Positions 20,754 through 30,752 of a DNA stretch of 64,000 nt are shown piece after piece. Within the stretch, counting starts at the first letter, position 1. The number at the start of each line of letters is the position of its first letter. A model generated the notes under the pieces. It worked only from the letters and a program-made list of their open reading frames with translations. It did no database searches and was not told the DNA's origin. The stretch spans positions 609,724 through 673,723 of the forward strand of contig NZ_JAQNDL010000002.1 in NCBI RefSeq assembly GCF_028368995.1, in the 5' to 3' direction. This stretch comes from Nannocystis bainbridge (lineage in GTDB: Bacteria; Myxococcota_A; Polyangia; Nannocystales; Nannocystaceae). Position numbers and translations under genes: made by a program.

Positions 20754-21824
20754 ATGACCGTCAACGTCCCCAAGCCCATCACCGCGCTCGAGGCGCTGGA
20801 GCGCGCGCAGTGGATCGCGTTCGCTCCGTTCGTGTTTCAGGCCGCCCGCGTGCTGCGCGACCGCGGGATCCTCTTCGCCATCGAACGCAGTCGGGACGGG
20901 CTCACGCTCGAGGAGGTCGCGGCGGCGGCGGAGCTGCCGATCTACGGGACGCGGGTGGTGCTCGAGGCGGGGCTGGGGATCGGGCTCGTGACCGAGGTCG
21001 AGGGCCGCTATCGCATCACCAAGACCGGCGTGTACGTGCAGCACGATGCGATGACGCGCGCCAACTTCGACTTCACGCGCGACGTGAACTACCACGGGAT
21101 CGCGGGGCTCGACGCGGCGGTGGCGTCGGGCAAGCCGGAGGGGCTGAAGGTGTTCGGCGAGTGGCCGACGGTGTACGCCGGGCTGTCGCAGCTGCCGGAG
21201 TCGGTGCGCAAGTCGTGGTTCCAGTTCGACCACTACTACTCCGACGGGGCGTTCGGCGCGGCGCTGCCGCTGGTGTTCGCAGGCAAGCCGAAGCGGCTGC
21301 TCGACATCGGCGGCAACACGGGCAAGTGGGCGACCGCGTGCATGAAGCACGACCCCGACGTCGAGGTGACGCTGATGGACCTGCCGGGGCAGCTGCGCAA
21401 CGCGGAGCAGAACCTGCGCGCGGCGGGGCTGCTGGCGCGGGCGCGCTTCCACGAGGCGGACCTGCTCGACGACGCCACGGCGATCCCGGGCGAGTTCGAC
21501 GCGATCTGGATGAGCCAGTTCCTCGACTGCTTCTCGGAGGCCGAGATCGTGTCGATCCTGCGCCGCTGCGTGGCGGCGGCCGGGCCCAATTGCAAGATCT
21601 ACATCCTCGAGGCGTTCTGGGACCGTCAGCGCTTCGAGGCCGCCAGCTTCTGCCTGCAGATGACTTCGCTGTACTTCACGGCGATCGCCAACGGCACCAG
21701 CCAGATGTACCGCTCGACGACGTTCCTCGCGTGCGTGCACGCGGCCGGCCTCGAGGTCGAGCGCGAGTACGACGAGCTCGGGGTCAGTCACACGCTGCTG
21801 GTGTGCCGGCCACGCGCGATGTGA
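20754..21824 (+). CDS. Class I SAM-dependent O-methyltransferase (family 2, with N-terminal dimerisation domain)
   Basis: SAM motif LLDIGGNTGKW, MDLP, and a C-terminal region typical of plant/bacterial small-molecule O-MTs. Confidence 0.8.
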   Translation: MTVNVPKPITALEALERAQWIAFAPFVFQAARVLRDRGILFAIERSRDGLTLEEVAAAAELPIYGTRVVLEAGLGIGLVTEVEGRYRITKTGVYVQHDAMTRANFDFTRDVNYHGIAGLDAAVASGKPEGLKVFGEWPTVYAGLSQLPESVRKSWFQFDHYYSDGAFGAALPLVFAGKPKRLLDIGGNTGKWATACMKHDPDVEVTLMDLPGQLRNAEQNLRAAGLLARARFHEADLLDDATAIPGEFDAIWMSQFLDCFSEAEIVSILRRCVAAAGPNCKIYILEAFWDRQRFEAASFCLQMTSLYFTAIANGTSQMYRSTTFLACVHAAGLEVEREYDELGVSHTLLVCRPRAM

Positions 21825-21883
21825 GCGACGCGGCCCGCGGGTGAAGAAGGGTCGCCGGGTCCGATCGGCGACCGCGGCGCCGC

Positions 21884-23203
21884 GTGGCGAGCGTACGCTA
21901 CGTTGGCACGATGCTCGCCGCCGTGCTCGCGCTGCTCGCCGCCCCGATCGTGACGCCGGGCCAGGACGCGCACTACTGGCTGAGCAACGGGCTCGAGGTG
22001 ATCCTGCGCCACGATCGGCGGGCGCCGCTGGTGGCGGTGCGGCTGCGGATCCACGCCGGCAGCGTCGACGATCCGCGCGGTCTCGGCGGGCTGGCCCACG
22101 TGGTCGAGCACGTGGCCCACGAGGGCTCGCGGCACGTCGACCGCGAGCGCCGCGAGACGCTCGAGTACATGCTGTCGGCCCACGCCAACAACGCGGAGAC
22201 CGGGTTCTACGCGACGGAGTACTACTACACGGCGCCGGCGCAGGCGACCGAACACGTGCTGTGGTTCGAGGCCGATCGCCTGGGCTTCGTGCGCGGGCAA
22301 CACGGGGCGCCGACGCTGGCCAACGTGCGGCGGATCGTGGTCAACGAGCGACGCGAGCGGGCCGAGCAAGATCCGCTGGCGCGGCTCGAGATCCAGGCGC
22401 TGGCGGCGTTGTTCCCTGCGGGGCACCCGTACCACGCGGCGATCATCGGCACCGCGGAGGAGCTGGCGGCGGCGACGATCGCCGATGTCGACGCGTTCGT
22501 GGGCGAGTGGATGCACCCGGGCAACGCGACGCTGGTGATGGTCGGCGATCTGCCGGCCGAGACGCCGGGGTGGATCGAGCGTCAATTCGGCAACCTGCCA
22601 GCGACGCCGCGACCGCCGGCCCGCGCGGTGCCGATAGTGACCCGAACGAGCGAGCTGCGATTGAGCGCCGAGCGACCGGTGGGCGCTGCACCGGCGGTGC
22701 TGCTGGCGTGGCCATCGCCAGCGCTCGACGCCGACGGTGACGCGGCCGCCGATGTGCTGGCGGAGGCGCTGGAGCGCGGTGGATTCGCCCGGCTGGCACG
22801 GTCCGGGGTGCCGACGGAGACGGCCGAATTCCAGGCGGTCCAGCGCAGCTTGCCGAACCAGTCGGTGTTCTTCGTGCGGGCGCTCGGGCGCGTCGGCGGC
22901 GATCCGACGCGGCTGCTGGCGGAGGTCGATCGGGTGCTGGGACGCGTGGCCGCGGGGGCGCTGGACGAGGCCGCGGTGCGTCGCGCGCGGCTGCGGATCG
23001 CGCGAGCGCATCGCAGCGCGCAGCAGGATCTGCAGGACCGCGCGGAGCTGCTGGCGAGCGAGGCGGCGGCCGGCAAGCCGCTCGGTGGTTCGCAAGATGT
23101 CGCGGAGTGGTCGGCGGTGACGCCCGCGGCGGTGGCCCGGTTCGCGCGCGAGGTGCTGCGGCCCGACGCGCGTGTGGCAGTGCTGGCGGAGGGCGAGCGA
23201 TGA
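21884..23203 (+). CDS. M16 family zinc peptidase, active subunit (HxxEH)
   Basis: HVVEHVAHEGS inverted zinc-binding motif, downstream Glu region, signal-like N-terminus. Confidence 0.75.
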   Translation: MASVRYVGTMLAAVLALLAAPIVTPGQDAHYWLSNGLEVILRHDRRAPLVAVRLRIHAGSVDDPRGLGGLAHVVEHVAHEGSRHVDRERRETLEYMLSAHANNAETGFYATEYYYTAPAQATEHVLWFEADRLGFVRGQHGAPTLANVRRIVVNERRERAEQDPLARLEIQALAALFPAGHPYHAAIIGTAEELAAATIADVDAFVGEWMHPGNATLVMVGDLPAETPGWIERQFGNLPATPRPPARAVPIVTRTSELRLSAERPVGAAPAVLLAWPSPALDADGDAAADVLAEALERGGFARLARSGVPTETAEFQAVQRSLPNQSVFFVRALGRVGGDPTRLLAEVDRVLGRVAAGALDEAAVRRARLRIARAHRSAQQDLQDRAELLASEAAAGKPLGGSQDVAEWSAVTPAAVARFAREVLRPDARVAVLAEGER

Positions 23204-24666
23204 AGACCGCGAGAGGCAGCGGCGGGTCGTCGCGTGCGGGCGACGCCGCGAAAGACGGCGCGAAGGTTGCTGGGCCGAGGCGCGGCGGAGACGGACCCGT
23301 GCGAGCGGCTCGTGAGGCGATGCGAGGGCCGCGAGCGTGGTGGTTGGCGCTGGGGCTGGTGAGCGCGTGCGCGGGCAATCAGTCGTGGCGAGACTCGGGG
23401 CCGCCGCTGCCGACGACGGCGCCGTCGGTGGTGGCGCCGCGGATCGAGCAGCTCGGGCCGTCGCTGCTTCAGGTGCGGCGGGCGGGCCCGACGACGGCGA
23501 TCGGCCTGGTCTTGCGGACAGGTCCGGAGGTCGACGCGCCGCTGGCCAGCTTCACGCTCGAGCTGCTGGCGCGCGGGCCCGATCGCGCGGTCGAGGACGC
23601 GCTCGGCGAGCTCGGCGGGGCGATCGAGGTGGTGTGGCTCGGCGACGCGGCGCTGCTGTGCGTCGAGGTCGAGGCGACGCGGTGGCGCGAGGCGCTGGCG
23701 ATCGTGACGGGGGCGGTGCGCGGGGCCGAAATTACGGAGGAGGACGTCGCGCAGCTGCGACGCGAGCGACTCGCGGCCCTGCAGCGGCGCGACGGCGATC
23801 CTGCCGCGCGTGGGCGTCATGTGCTGACGCGCAGGCTGGCGCCCGGGCTCGATGCGCTGGGCCAATCGCACAGGGTCGAGAGCTGGTCGATCGAACATGT
23901 GCGAAAGGCACAGCAGCAGTGGCTGGGCGGGGACCGGCCGACGCTGGTGGTGGTGGGCGCGGCGCCGCGGGCCGAATTGCAGAGGGCGGCCGCGGACGCG
24001 CTGGCGGGCTGGCAGACAGTGTCGGCGCCGCGCTGGCCTGCGCCTGGGCCCGTCGAGCCGCGCGGCGAGGTGCTGGTGGTGCCGCGGGTCGGGCTGGCGC
24101 AGACGGCGATCGTGGTCGGCCGGGCGATCCCCGGCGACGCCGACGCGCTGGCGCTGGAGCTGGCCTCGGCGGTGGTCGGCTCGGCCCTGCGCGAGGTGCT
24201 GCGGCGCGATCGCGGCGACACGTACAGCGTGGCGGTCGGTCACGCGCCGGCCCGCGGCGGCGGTCTGCTGACCATCGAGACCCAGGTCGACGCGGCCGCC
24301 ACCGGCGCGTCGCTGAAGGCGATGTTCTCGCAGCTGCACGCGCTGCAGGGCCGGTTCCTGAGCGGCGACGTGCTGCGCCTGCTCGGCCGCGCGTTCCAGG
24401 TCGAACGCATGCTCGAGCACCAGCGGCTGGCGGCGGTGGTCGAGGCGGTGGCGCGAGTGCCGGCGGGGGGCCGGCCCGAAGGCGCGCTGGCGGCCGAGCT
24501 GCGCCGGCTCGGCGCCGTCCGCGACGACGACCTCGAACAGGCGCTGGCGCGGTGGTTCGCGCCTGCCGAGCTGCAGGTGGTGCTGGTCGGAGACCCCGCG
24601 GCGATCCGCGCCCAGGTCGAGCCGCTCGGGCTCGGTCCGATCAAGGTGATCGACGACCAGCGCTGA
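23200..24666 (+). CDS. M16 family peptidase, non-catalytic partner subunit
   Basis: M16 C-terminal-domain-like architecture without HxxEH. ATGA overlap with the preceding active subunit. Signal/lipobox-like SAC. Confidence 0.6.
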   Translation: MKTARGSGGSSRAGDAAKDGAKVAGPRRGGDGPVRAAREAMRGPRAWWLALGLVSACAGNQSWRDSGPPLPTTAPSVVAPRIEQLGPSLLQVRRAGPTTAIGLVLRTGPEVDAPLASFTLELLARGPDRAVEDALGELGGAIEVVWLGDAALLCVEVEATRWREALAIVTGAVRGAEITEEDVAQLRRERLAALQRRDGDPAARGRHVLTRRLAPGLDALGQSHRVESWSIEHVRKAQQQWLGGDRPTLVVVGAAPRAELQRAAADALAGWQTVSAPRWPAPGPVEPRGEVLVVPRVGLAQTAIVVGRAIPGDADALALELASAVVGSALREVLRRDRGDTYSVAVGHAPARGGGLLTIETQVDAAATGASLKAMFSQLHALQGRFLSGDVLRLLGRAFQVERMLEHQRLAAVVEAVARVPAGGRPEGALAAELRRLGAVRDDDLEQALARWFAPAELQVVLVGDPAAIRAQVEPLGLGPIKVIDDQR

Positions 24667-24780
24667 CGAAAATGTCTCATTGGACATGTTTGTTTGAACA
24701 TGTCCTTATGCGTCTGTCGTCGAATCGTCGAGGACATGTTCATAAGAACATGTCCGATTGAACATGCGTCAGGGCGGGCG
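24660..24780. repeat. REP-like repeat cluster (AT-richer variant)
   Basis: tcattggacatgtttgtttgaacatgtccttatg ... gaggacatgttcataagaacatgtccgattgaacatgcg. Confidence 0.6.
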
Positions 24781-24789
24781 CTCCGGGGC

Positions 24790-26130
24790 TCACGACTTGG
24801 GCGGCAGCACGCGCAGGGCGATCCGGCGGTTGTGGGCCCGGCCCTGCTCGGTGTCGTTGGCGGCCACCGGGTGCTGCTCGCCGTAGCCCTCGGTCTCGAT
24901 GTGGTCGCCGGGCACGCCGCGCTCGACCAGCGCCTTCTTGACGTTGTCGGCGCGCTCCTGCGACAGCTTGAGGTTCGCCTCGGGGTTGCCGGTGTTGTCG
25001 GTGTACCCGCCGATCTTGACGTGGATGGCGGGGTAGGCGTTGAGGATCGCGGCCAGGTTCTCGAGCTGCTCGTGCGAGCTCGCGGCCAGCGTCTGCTTGT
25101 TGGTGTCGAACACGAGGCGGTCGAACTCGAACCAGGTCTTGTCGTCGGCCTTGGCGCCCCTGTCGCGCAGGAACGCCAGCAGCTTGGCCTCGATGCCGGT
25201 GTCGGCGAACCGCAGCTCGCGGTTGACCTCGGCCACGTGGACCGACTTCATCGGCGCCGCGGCCTGGGTCGGCGCGGTCGCGGGGGACGGGGTCCCGGGT
25301 GTCGGGGAGGTCGCGGGGGCGGTCGCGGGCGCGGGCGGCCTGGCGGGTGCGGGCTTGCTCGCGGGCGGAGGGGTGCGCGTGGCGACGGCCGCCGGGGTCT
25401 CGTGGCGCGCGGCGGTCGTGTCGAGCTGCTTCTCGGGTCGGCGGTCGCCGAGGAACCACCAGGCGAGCAGCGCCAGCGGCAGCAGGGCCAGCGGGATCGC
25501 CCACCAGGGCGGTCGCTTGGCCGCGAGGACAGACGGGTGCGCGAGGTGGGGCAGGTGCGCCTGGCCCTCGCGGACGACGTCGTAGATCTGGGCCCGGCCG
25601 ACGATGTTGGCCAGCGGCGCGGGCACGGCGTTCATGATCTCGCTCTGGTGACCGAGCAGCGTCTGGCCGAGCGAGGCGACGGTGACGCCGCCGCCGCGCA
25701 CCAGACCGCCGAGCGCCCGCAGCACCAGCGGCGCCGCCAGGCCCATCAGCGACGCGGCCGCGGTGGTGCCGACGTCGGCGTGACGCGCGAGCGCGGCGAT
25801 GATGTCGTCGGTGCGCCCGCCGAACAGCGTCGAGATCGCGTGGGTGCCGAGCTCGCGGGCGCGCACGGCCTCGGCGGTGCCGCCGAGCAGACGGGCGGGA
25901 TCGTCGAGCGCGGCGCTGCCGAGCGCGGGGTCCTGGACCATGTCGAAGACTTCGCCGAGCGCCAGCGGATCGCGGGCCTTGTTGGTCAGCGCCGCCAGCA
26001 TGGCCGAGCCCGCGGCCCCCATGGCCTTCGAGGCCGACGCGGCCGAGATCCCGAGGGCGGACGCCGCTCCATGGACGATGCCGCCGGAGGTCAGCGCGTC
26101 GCGCACTGTGTCTGTCAGGGAGAATGTCAT
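24790..26130 (-). CDS. DUF937 (YidB-like) N-terminal domain / Pro-rich linker / OmpA-family C-terminal domain protein
   Basis: C-terminal OmpA/MotB peptidoglycan-binding motifs (..HVKIGGYTDNTGNPEANLKLSQERADNV ... NRRIALRV), central TM segment, Pro/Ala/Thr linker. Confidence 0.65.
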   Translation of the reverse strand: MTFSLTDTVRDALTSGGIVHGAASALGISAASASKAMGAAGSAMLAALTNKARDPLALGEVFDMVQDPALGSAALDDPARLLGGTAEAVRARELGTHAISTLFGGRTDDIIAALARHADVGTTAAASLMGLAAPLVLRALGGLVRGGGVTVASLGQTLLGHQSEIMNAVPAPLANIVGRAQIYDVVREGQAHLPHLAHPSVLAAKRPPWWAIPLALLPLALLAWWFLGDRRPEKQLDTTAARHETPAAVATRTPPPASKPAPARPPAPATAPATSPTPGTPSPATAPTQAAAPMKSVHVAEVNRELRFADTGIEAKLLAFLRDRGAKADDKTWFEFDRLVFDTNKQTLAASSHEQLENLAAILNAYPAIHVKIGGYTDNTGNPEANLKLSQERADNVKKALVERGVPGDHIETEGYGEQHPVAANDTEQGRAHNRRIALRVLPPKS

Positions 26131-26249
26131 CGTGTTCCTTTCGAGTCCGCGCAAAGAGTAATCAGGTCGCGCGCGGCGACAAGCCGCGGCTGCTGCCGTC
26201 CGCCGCCCGCACGAGCGCCGGCGGTCGCGCCGCTTCGAGGCGGGTCACG

Positions 26250-26350
26250 AGAATGACCTCAAGGACATGTCCTGAAGGGAATGTCCGTGGTCGCTCGCTC
26301 GCTCGCTCGCGGTCATGAACGCTCGGGACATGTTCGAGAGGACATGTCCC
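26250..26350. repeat. REP-like repeat cluster
   Basis: aaggacatgtcctgaagggaatgtccgtgg ... gggacatgttcgagaggacatgtcccgtg. Confidence 0.6.
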
Positions 26351-26392
26351 GTGCGTCGAGCTCGCTGCGACTCAGCGGTCGGCCGCTCGCGT

Positions 26393-28699
26393 TCACGCGG
26401 CCGTGGGCGCGCCGTCGAGGATCCGCCGCACCAGGGCGACGAGGGCGTCGCCGGTGAACGGCTTGGCGATGAAGCTGGCGCCGACCTCGAGCTCGGCGGC
26501 GGCCTGCACCGCGCGCTCGGGCGAGCCGCTGGTGAACAGCACGCGCAGCTCGGGGCAGCGGGCGGCGAGTCGCTGGGCCAGGTTGACGCCGGTGGTCCAC
26601 GGCATCACCAGGTCGGTGACGAGCAGGTCGATCGCGCCGCCGTTGCGCTCGCACAGCAGCAGGGCCTCGGCCGCGTCGACGGCCGTGAGCACGCGATAGC
26701 CGGCCGCCCCGAGCACGCGCAGCACGAGGCGTCGCACCGGCTCGCTGTCTTCGACCAGCAGGATGAGCTCGCCGCCCGGCTCGCGCGGCAGCGGAGCGGG
26801 CGCCGGCGGGTGACGGCGCGGCAGCGGCTCCTGGTCGCGCGGGAAGTAGATGCGGAAGCTCGTGCCGCGGCCCGGGTGGCTGTCGACGACGATCGCGCCG
26901 CCGGCTTGACGGATGATGCCGTAGACGATCGCCAGCCCCATGCCGGTGCCGAAGCCGGGCGGCTTGGTGGTGAAGAACGGCTCGAAGATCCGCGCCCGTG
27001 TCGCCTCGTCCATGCCGCTGCCGTCGTCGCGCACGGTCATGACGACGCGCGGACCGGGCGGCAGATCGAGGTAGTGACCGTCGTCGTCGCCGGCCGCGAG
27101 CGTGGCGGTGGTGATGACGATGCGGCCGCCGGCGCGGGTGGCGTCGCGGGCGTTGATGACGAGGTTGACGAGCAACTGATCGATGTGACCGGGACCGATC
27201 CGCACCGGGCACGGCGCGCCGGCCAGCGAGACCGTCAGGCTGCGCTCCTCGCCGAGCAGGCGGACGAGCATGCCGCGGAGCTCGCGGACCTTGGCGCCGA
27301 GGTCGATGACCTCGGGGGCGACGATGTCGCGCCGGCCGAAGCCCAGGAGCTGCTGCGTGAGCGCGGCGGCCCGCTCGCCGGCCTTGCGGATCTCGCCGAG
27401 GTCGGCGACGTCGCCGCTGGCCGCGTCGGCGGTGATGCTCTTCTCGAGCATGCCGGTGTAGCTGAGGATCACGGTGAGGAGGTTGTTGAAGTCGTGGGCG
27501 ACGCCGGCGGCCATGCGCCCGAGCACCTCCATCTTTTGCGCCTCCTGGAAGCGCCGCTCGAGCTGGCGCTCGCGGGTGACCTCGACGACGTGGGTGAGCA
27601 CGAGGTCGGGCGGGATGAAGCCGAGCGAGACGACGTAGATCGCGGGCAGGCCGGCGGACGTGGGGACCTCGACCTCGCGGCGCAGGGCCGACTCGGTGGC
27701 GGCGCAGGTCCGCATGGCGTCGACGAGCTCGGGGCGGTCGGGCAGCAGCTCGACGAGCTCGCGGCCGACCCACGCGGGCACGTGGCCGTCGCTGAGGATG
27801 AAGGCGGAGCGGTTGTGAGCGACGAGCACGAAGGCGTCGCCGCGCTGCTGCCATACGACGGTGGCGATCGGCAGGTGCTCGTAGAGCTCGCGGGCGTGGA
27901 TCTCGCTGGTCCGCAGCGCCTCGACGATGTCGGCTCGCTCGACCAGGGCGCCGATCCGGCCGGCGACGGCGTCGAGCAGCTCCTGCTCCTCGCGCAAGAA
28001 ATAGCGGGCGCACGGGACGGAGGAGTCGGCGATCCGGCACACCTCGAGCACACCCGCGAGTCGGTCGCCGACGCGGATCGGTGCGGTCTGGCGGCAGCGA
28101 TCGGCGGCGAACCGCGGCGAGCTGTAGAGCCGCTCGCCGAGCTGGATCTGGGCCGCGACCTCCGGCGGGTAGGTGTAGCCGCGCGGGATCCGCTCGGCGA
28201 TCTGCCACAGCGCCTCGTCGAGCGTGAGGTCGTCGCTCACGATCGACGAGACCTCGTAGAGCACCTCGATCTCTTTGACCCGCTCGCGCAGGTCGTGCTC
28301 GGCCCGCCGCAGCGGCGTGATGTCGGTGACGAAGCCCTCGAGCAGGGCGCCGCTGCCCTCGCCGCGCAGCAGCCGACCGCGCTCCCACACGTGCTTGGTG
28401 CGGCCGGCGCGATCGCGGATCCGGTACTCGACGGTGAACGACTGGCCGGCGGCCACGGCCGACTCGACGGCCGCCTCGACCGCGCGGCGATCCATGGGCA
28501 GGATGAGATCGGCGTAGGCGCGGCGCTCGCCGGCCAGCAATTCGTCCGGGCGAAAGCCGGTGAGCTCGAGGGCGCCGGCGCTGACGAAGTCGAGCGTCCA
28601 GGCGCGATCGGCCCGGCAGCGATAGACCATACCCGGCAAGCTGTCGATCAGCGCGGCGAGGTCGTGTGGAGTGCAGGCAGCTCCCTCGGACTCGGGCAT
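26393..28699 (-). CDS. Hybrid sensor histidine kinase / response regulator with PAS domains (start uncertain, 28699 or 28783)
   Basis: PAS signatures, HisKA H-box ([15 protein letters not shown]), HATPase N/G boxes ([27 protein letters not shown]), C-terminal REC ([12 protein letters not shown] ... [10 protein letters not shown]). Confidence 0.75.
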   Translation of the reverse strand: MPESEGAACTPHDLAALIDSLPGMVYRCRADRAWTLDFVSAGALELTGFRPDELLAGERRAYADLILPMDRRAVEAAVESAVAAGQSFTVEYRIRDRAGRTKHVWERGRLLRGEGSGALLEGFVTDITPLRRAEHDLRERVKEIEVLYEVSSIVSDDLTLDEALWQIAERIPRGYTYPPEVAAQIQLGERLYSSPRFAADRCRQTAPIRVGDRLAGVLEVCRIADSSVPCARYFLREEQELLDAVAGRIGALVERADIVEALRTSEIHARELYEHLPIATVVWQQRGDAFVLVAHNRSAFILSDGHVPAWVGRELVELLPDRPELVDAMRTCAATESALRREVEVPTSAGLPAIYVVSLGFIPPDLVLTHVVEVTRERQLERRFQEAQKMEVLGRMAAGVAHDFNNLLTVILSYTGMLEKSITADAASGDVADLGEIRKAGERAAALTQQLLGFGRRDIVAPEVIDLGAKVRELRGMLVRLLGEERSLTVSLAGAPCPVRIGPGHIDQLLVNLVINARDATRAGGRIVITTATLAAGDDDGHYLDLPPGPRVVMTVRDDGSGMDEATRARIFEPFFTTKPPGFGTGMGLAIVYGIIRQAGGAIVVDSHPGRGTSFRIYFPRDQEPLPRRHPPAPAPLPREPGGELILLVEDSEPVRRLVLRVLGAAGYRVLTAVDAAEALLLCERNGGAIDLLVTDLVMPWTTGVNLAQRLAARCPELRVLFTSGSPERAVQAAAELEVGASFIAKPFTGDALVALVRRILDGAPTAA

Positions 28700-28894
28700 A
28701 CGCGGTTCAGCATAGCGGACCGACTGCGCATATTCCCGGTCGCGCGATAGTTGACGACGTTCGCGGCGCGGCGGCCGCGGCACCTGCTGCGAAAGATCGG
28801 CGCCTCGCCGCGACTGTGGTCATTGACCCGTCTCGACCGTCGAGCGCGCGGAGGTCCGCGCCGGTCCCCACCTGGGGGCCGCGCTCCTCTCCTG

Positions 28895-28945
28895 GCACAG
28901 CCATCAATGGCTTTTTGGACATGTCGACGAGGACATGTCCCGGAG
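28895..28945. repeat. REP-like repeat pair
   Basis: tttttggacatgtcgacgaggacatgtcccggaggtc. Confidence 0.55.
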
Positions 28946-28946
28946 G

Positions 28947-29972
<1,026 letters not shown>

Positions 29973-30027
29973 CGGCGCGACTCTACCTCGCTTGCGCGCG
30001 CGCGTGCGCCGGCCTACCGTCGCGGCC

Positions 30028-30651
30028 ATGGGCACCTGGGACGACGGCCTCTACGACAATGACTCCGCGCTCGACCTCGTCGGCAGGCTCGTGAAGCTGC
30101 CAGCGCTCGACGCCCCACCGAGCGAGTTGGTGGTGGGCATCGGCCTGGTGGCGTGGCTGCAGCCGGTGGTGTTGAAGCTGCGCGGGGCGGGCCACGTGGA
30201 GGCCGCGCTGGCCCACGGCGAGGCGCTGCCGGCCGACGCGCGCGAGGTGCTGGCCGGGCTCGCGCGCGATCTCGAGGGCGGGCTCGCGGTGCGCTCGCGC
30301 AGCGCGGCCGCGAAGGCGGCGCTCGGCGGCTACAACAACGGGACGCGGTTCGACGCGCTGCTGCGCGTGCCCGGCGGGCAGGCGGGCATTGACGCGCTCG
30401 GCGAGCGCGCGGGCGAGGTCCTCGATGGCGCCGACGACGGCGATCTTTACGAGGCCGCGGGCGACTTCGCGGCGCTCGGCGTGATCGTCGAGCTGGTCGA
30501 CGCCGGGCTGTGGAAGCCCGCACCGGCGCGCGTGGCCGAGTGGCGGGCCCGGTTCGAGCGCGCCGACGCGGGCTCGCGCGAGGAGCGGGAATTCTGGGAC
30601 AGCTACGCCGCGCGCGTGCGCCTCGGCTTCGACCTCGTCTCGCGCGCGTGA
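30028..30651 (+). CDS. Hypothetical protein (DUF4259-like)
   Basis: Coherent 207-aa ORF beginning MGTWDDGLYDNDSALD. Confidence 0.45.
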   Translation: MGTWDDGLYDNDSALDLVGRLVKLPALDAPPSELVVGIGLVAWLQPVVLKLRGAGHVEAALAHGEALPADAREVLAGLARDLEGGLAVRSRSAAAKAALGGYNNGTRFDALLRVPGGQAGIDALGERAGEVLDGADDGDLYEAAGDFAALGVIVELVDAGLWKPAPARVAEWRARFERADAGSREEREFWDSYAARVRLGFDLVSRA

Positions 30652-30752
30652 GCGCGCCTGCGCGATCGTGAGGCGCGGCCGCGGGGCTGCCGTCGCGCTG
30701 CATCGGCTCGTATTCTCGGGGCCCGCGACTTCGCCGTCGCGACAGGAGCCCC

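Noticed and set aside
21905-21925. Sigma-54-like TGGCAC motif at 21906
   Set aside because: It lacks the TTGC -12 element at correct spacing, and it lies inside the M16 peptidase coding region.
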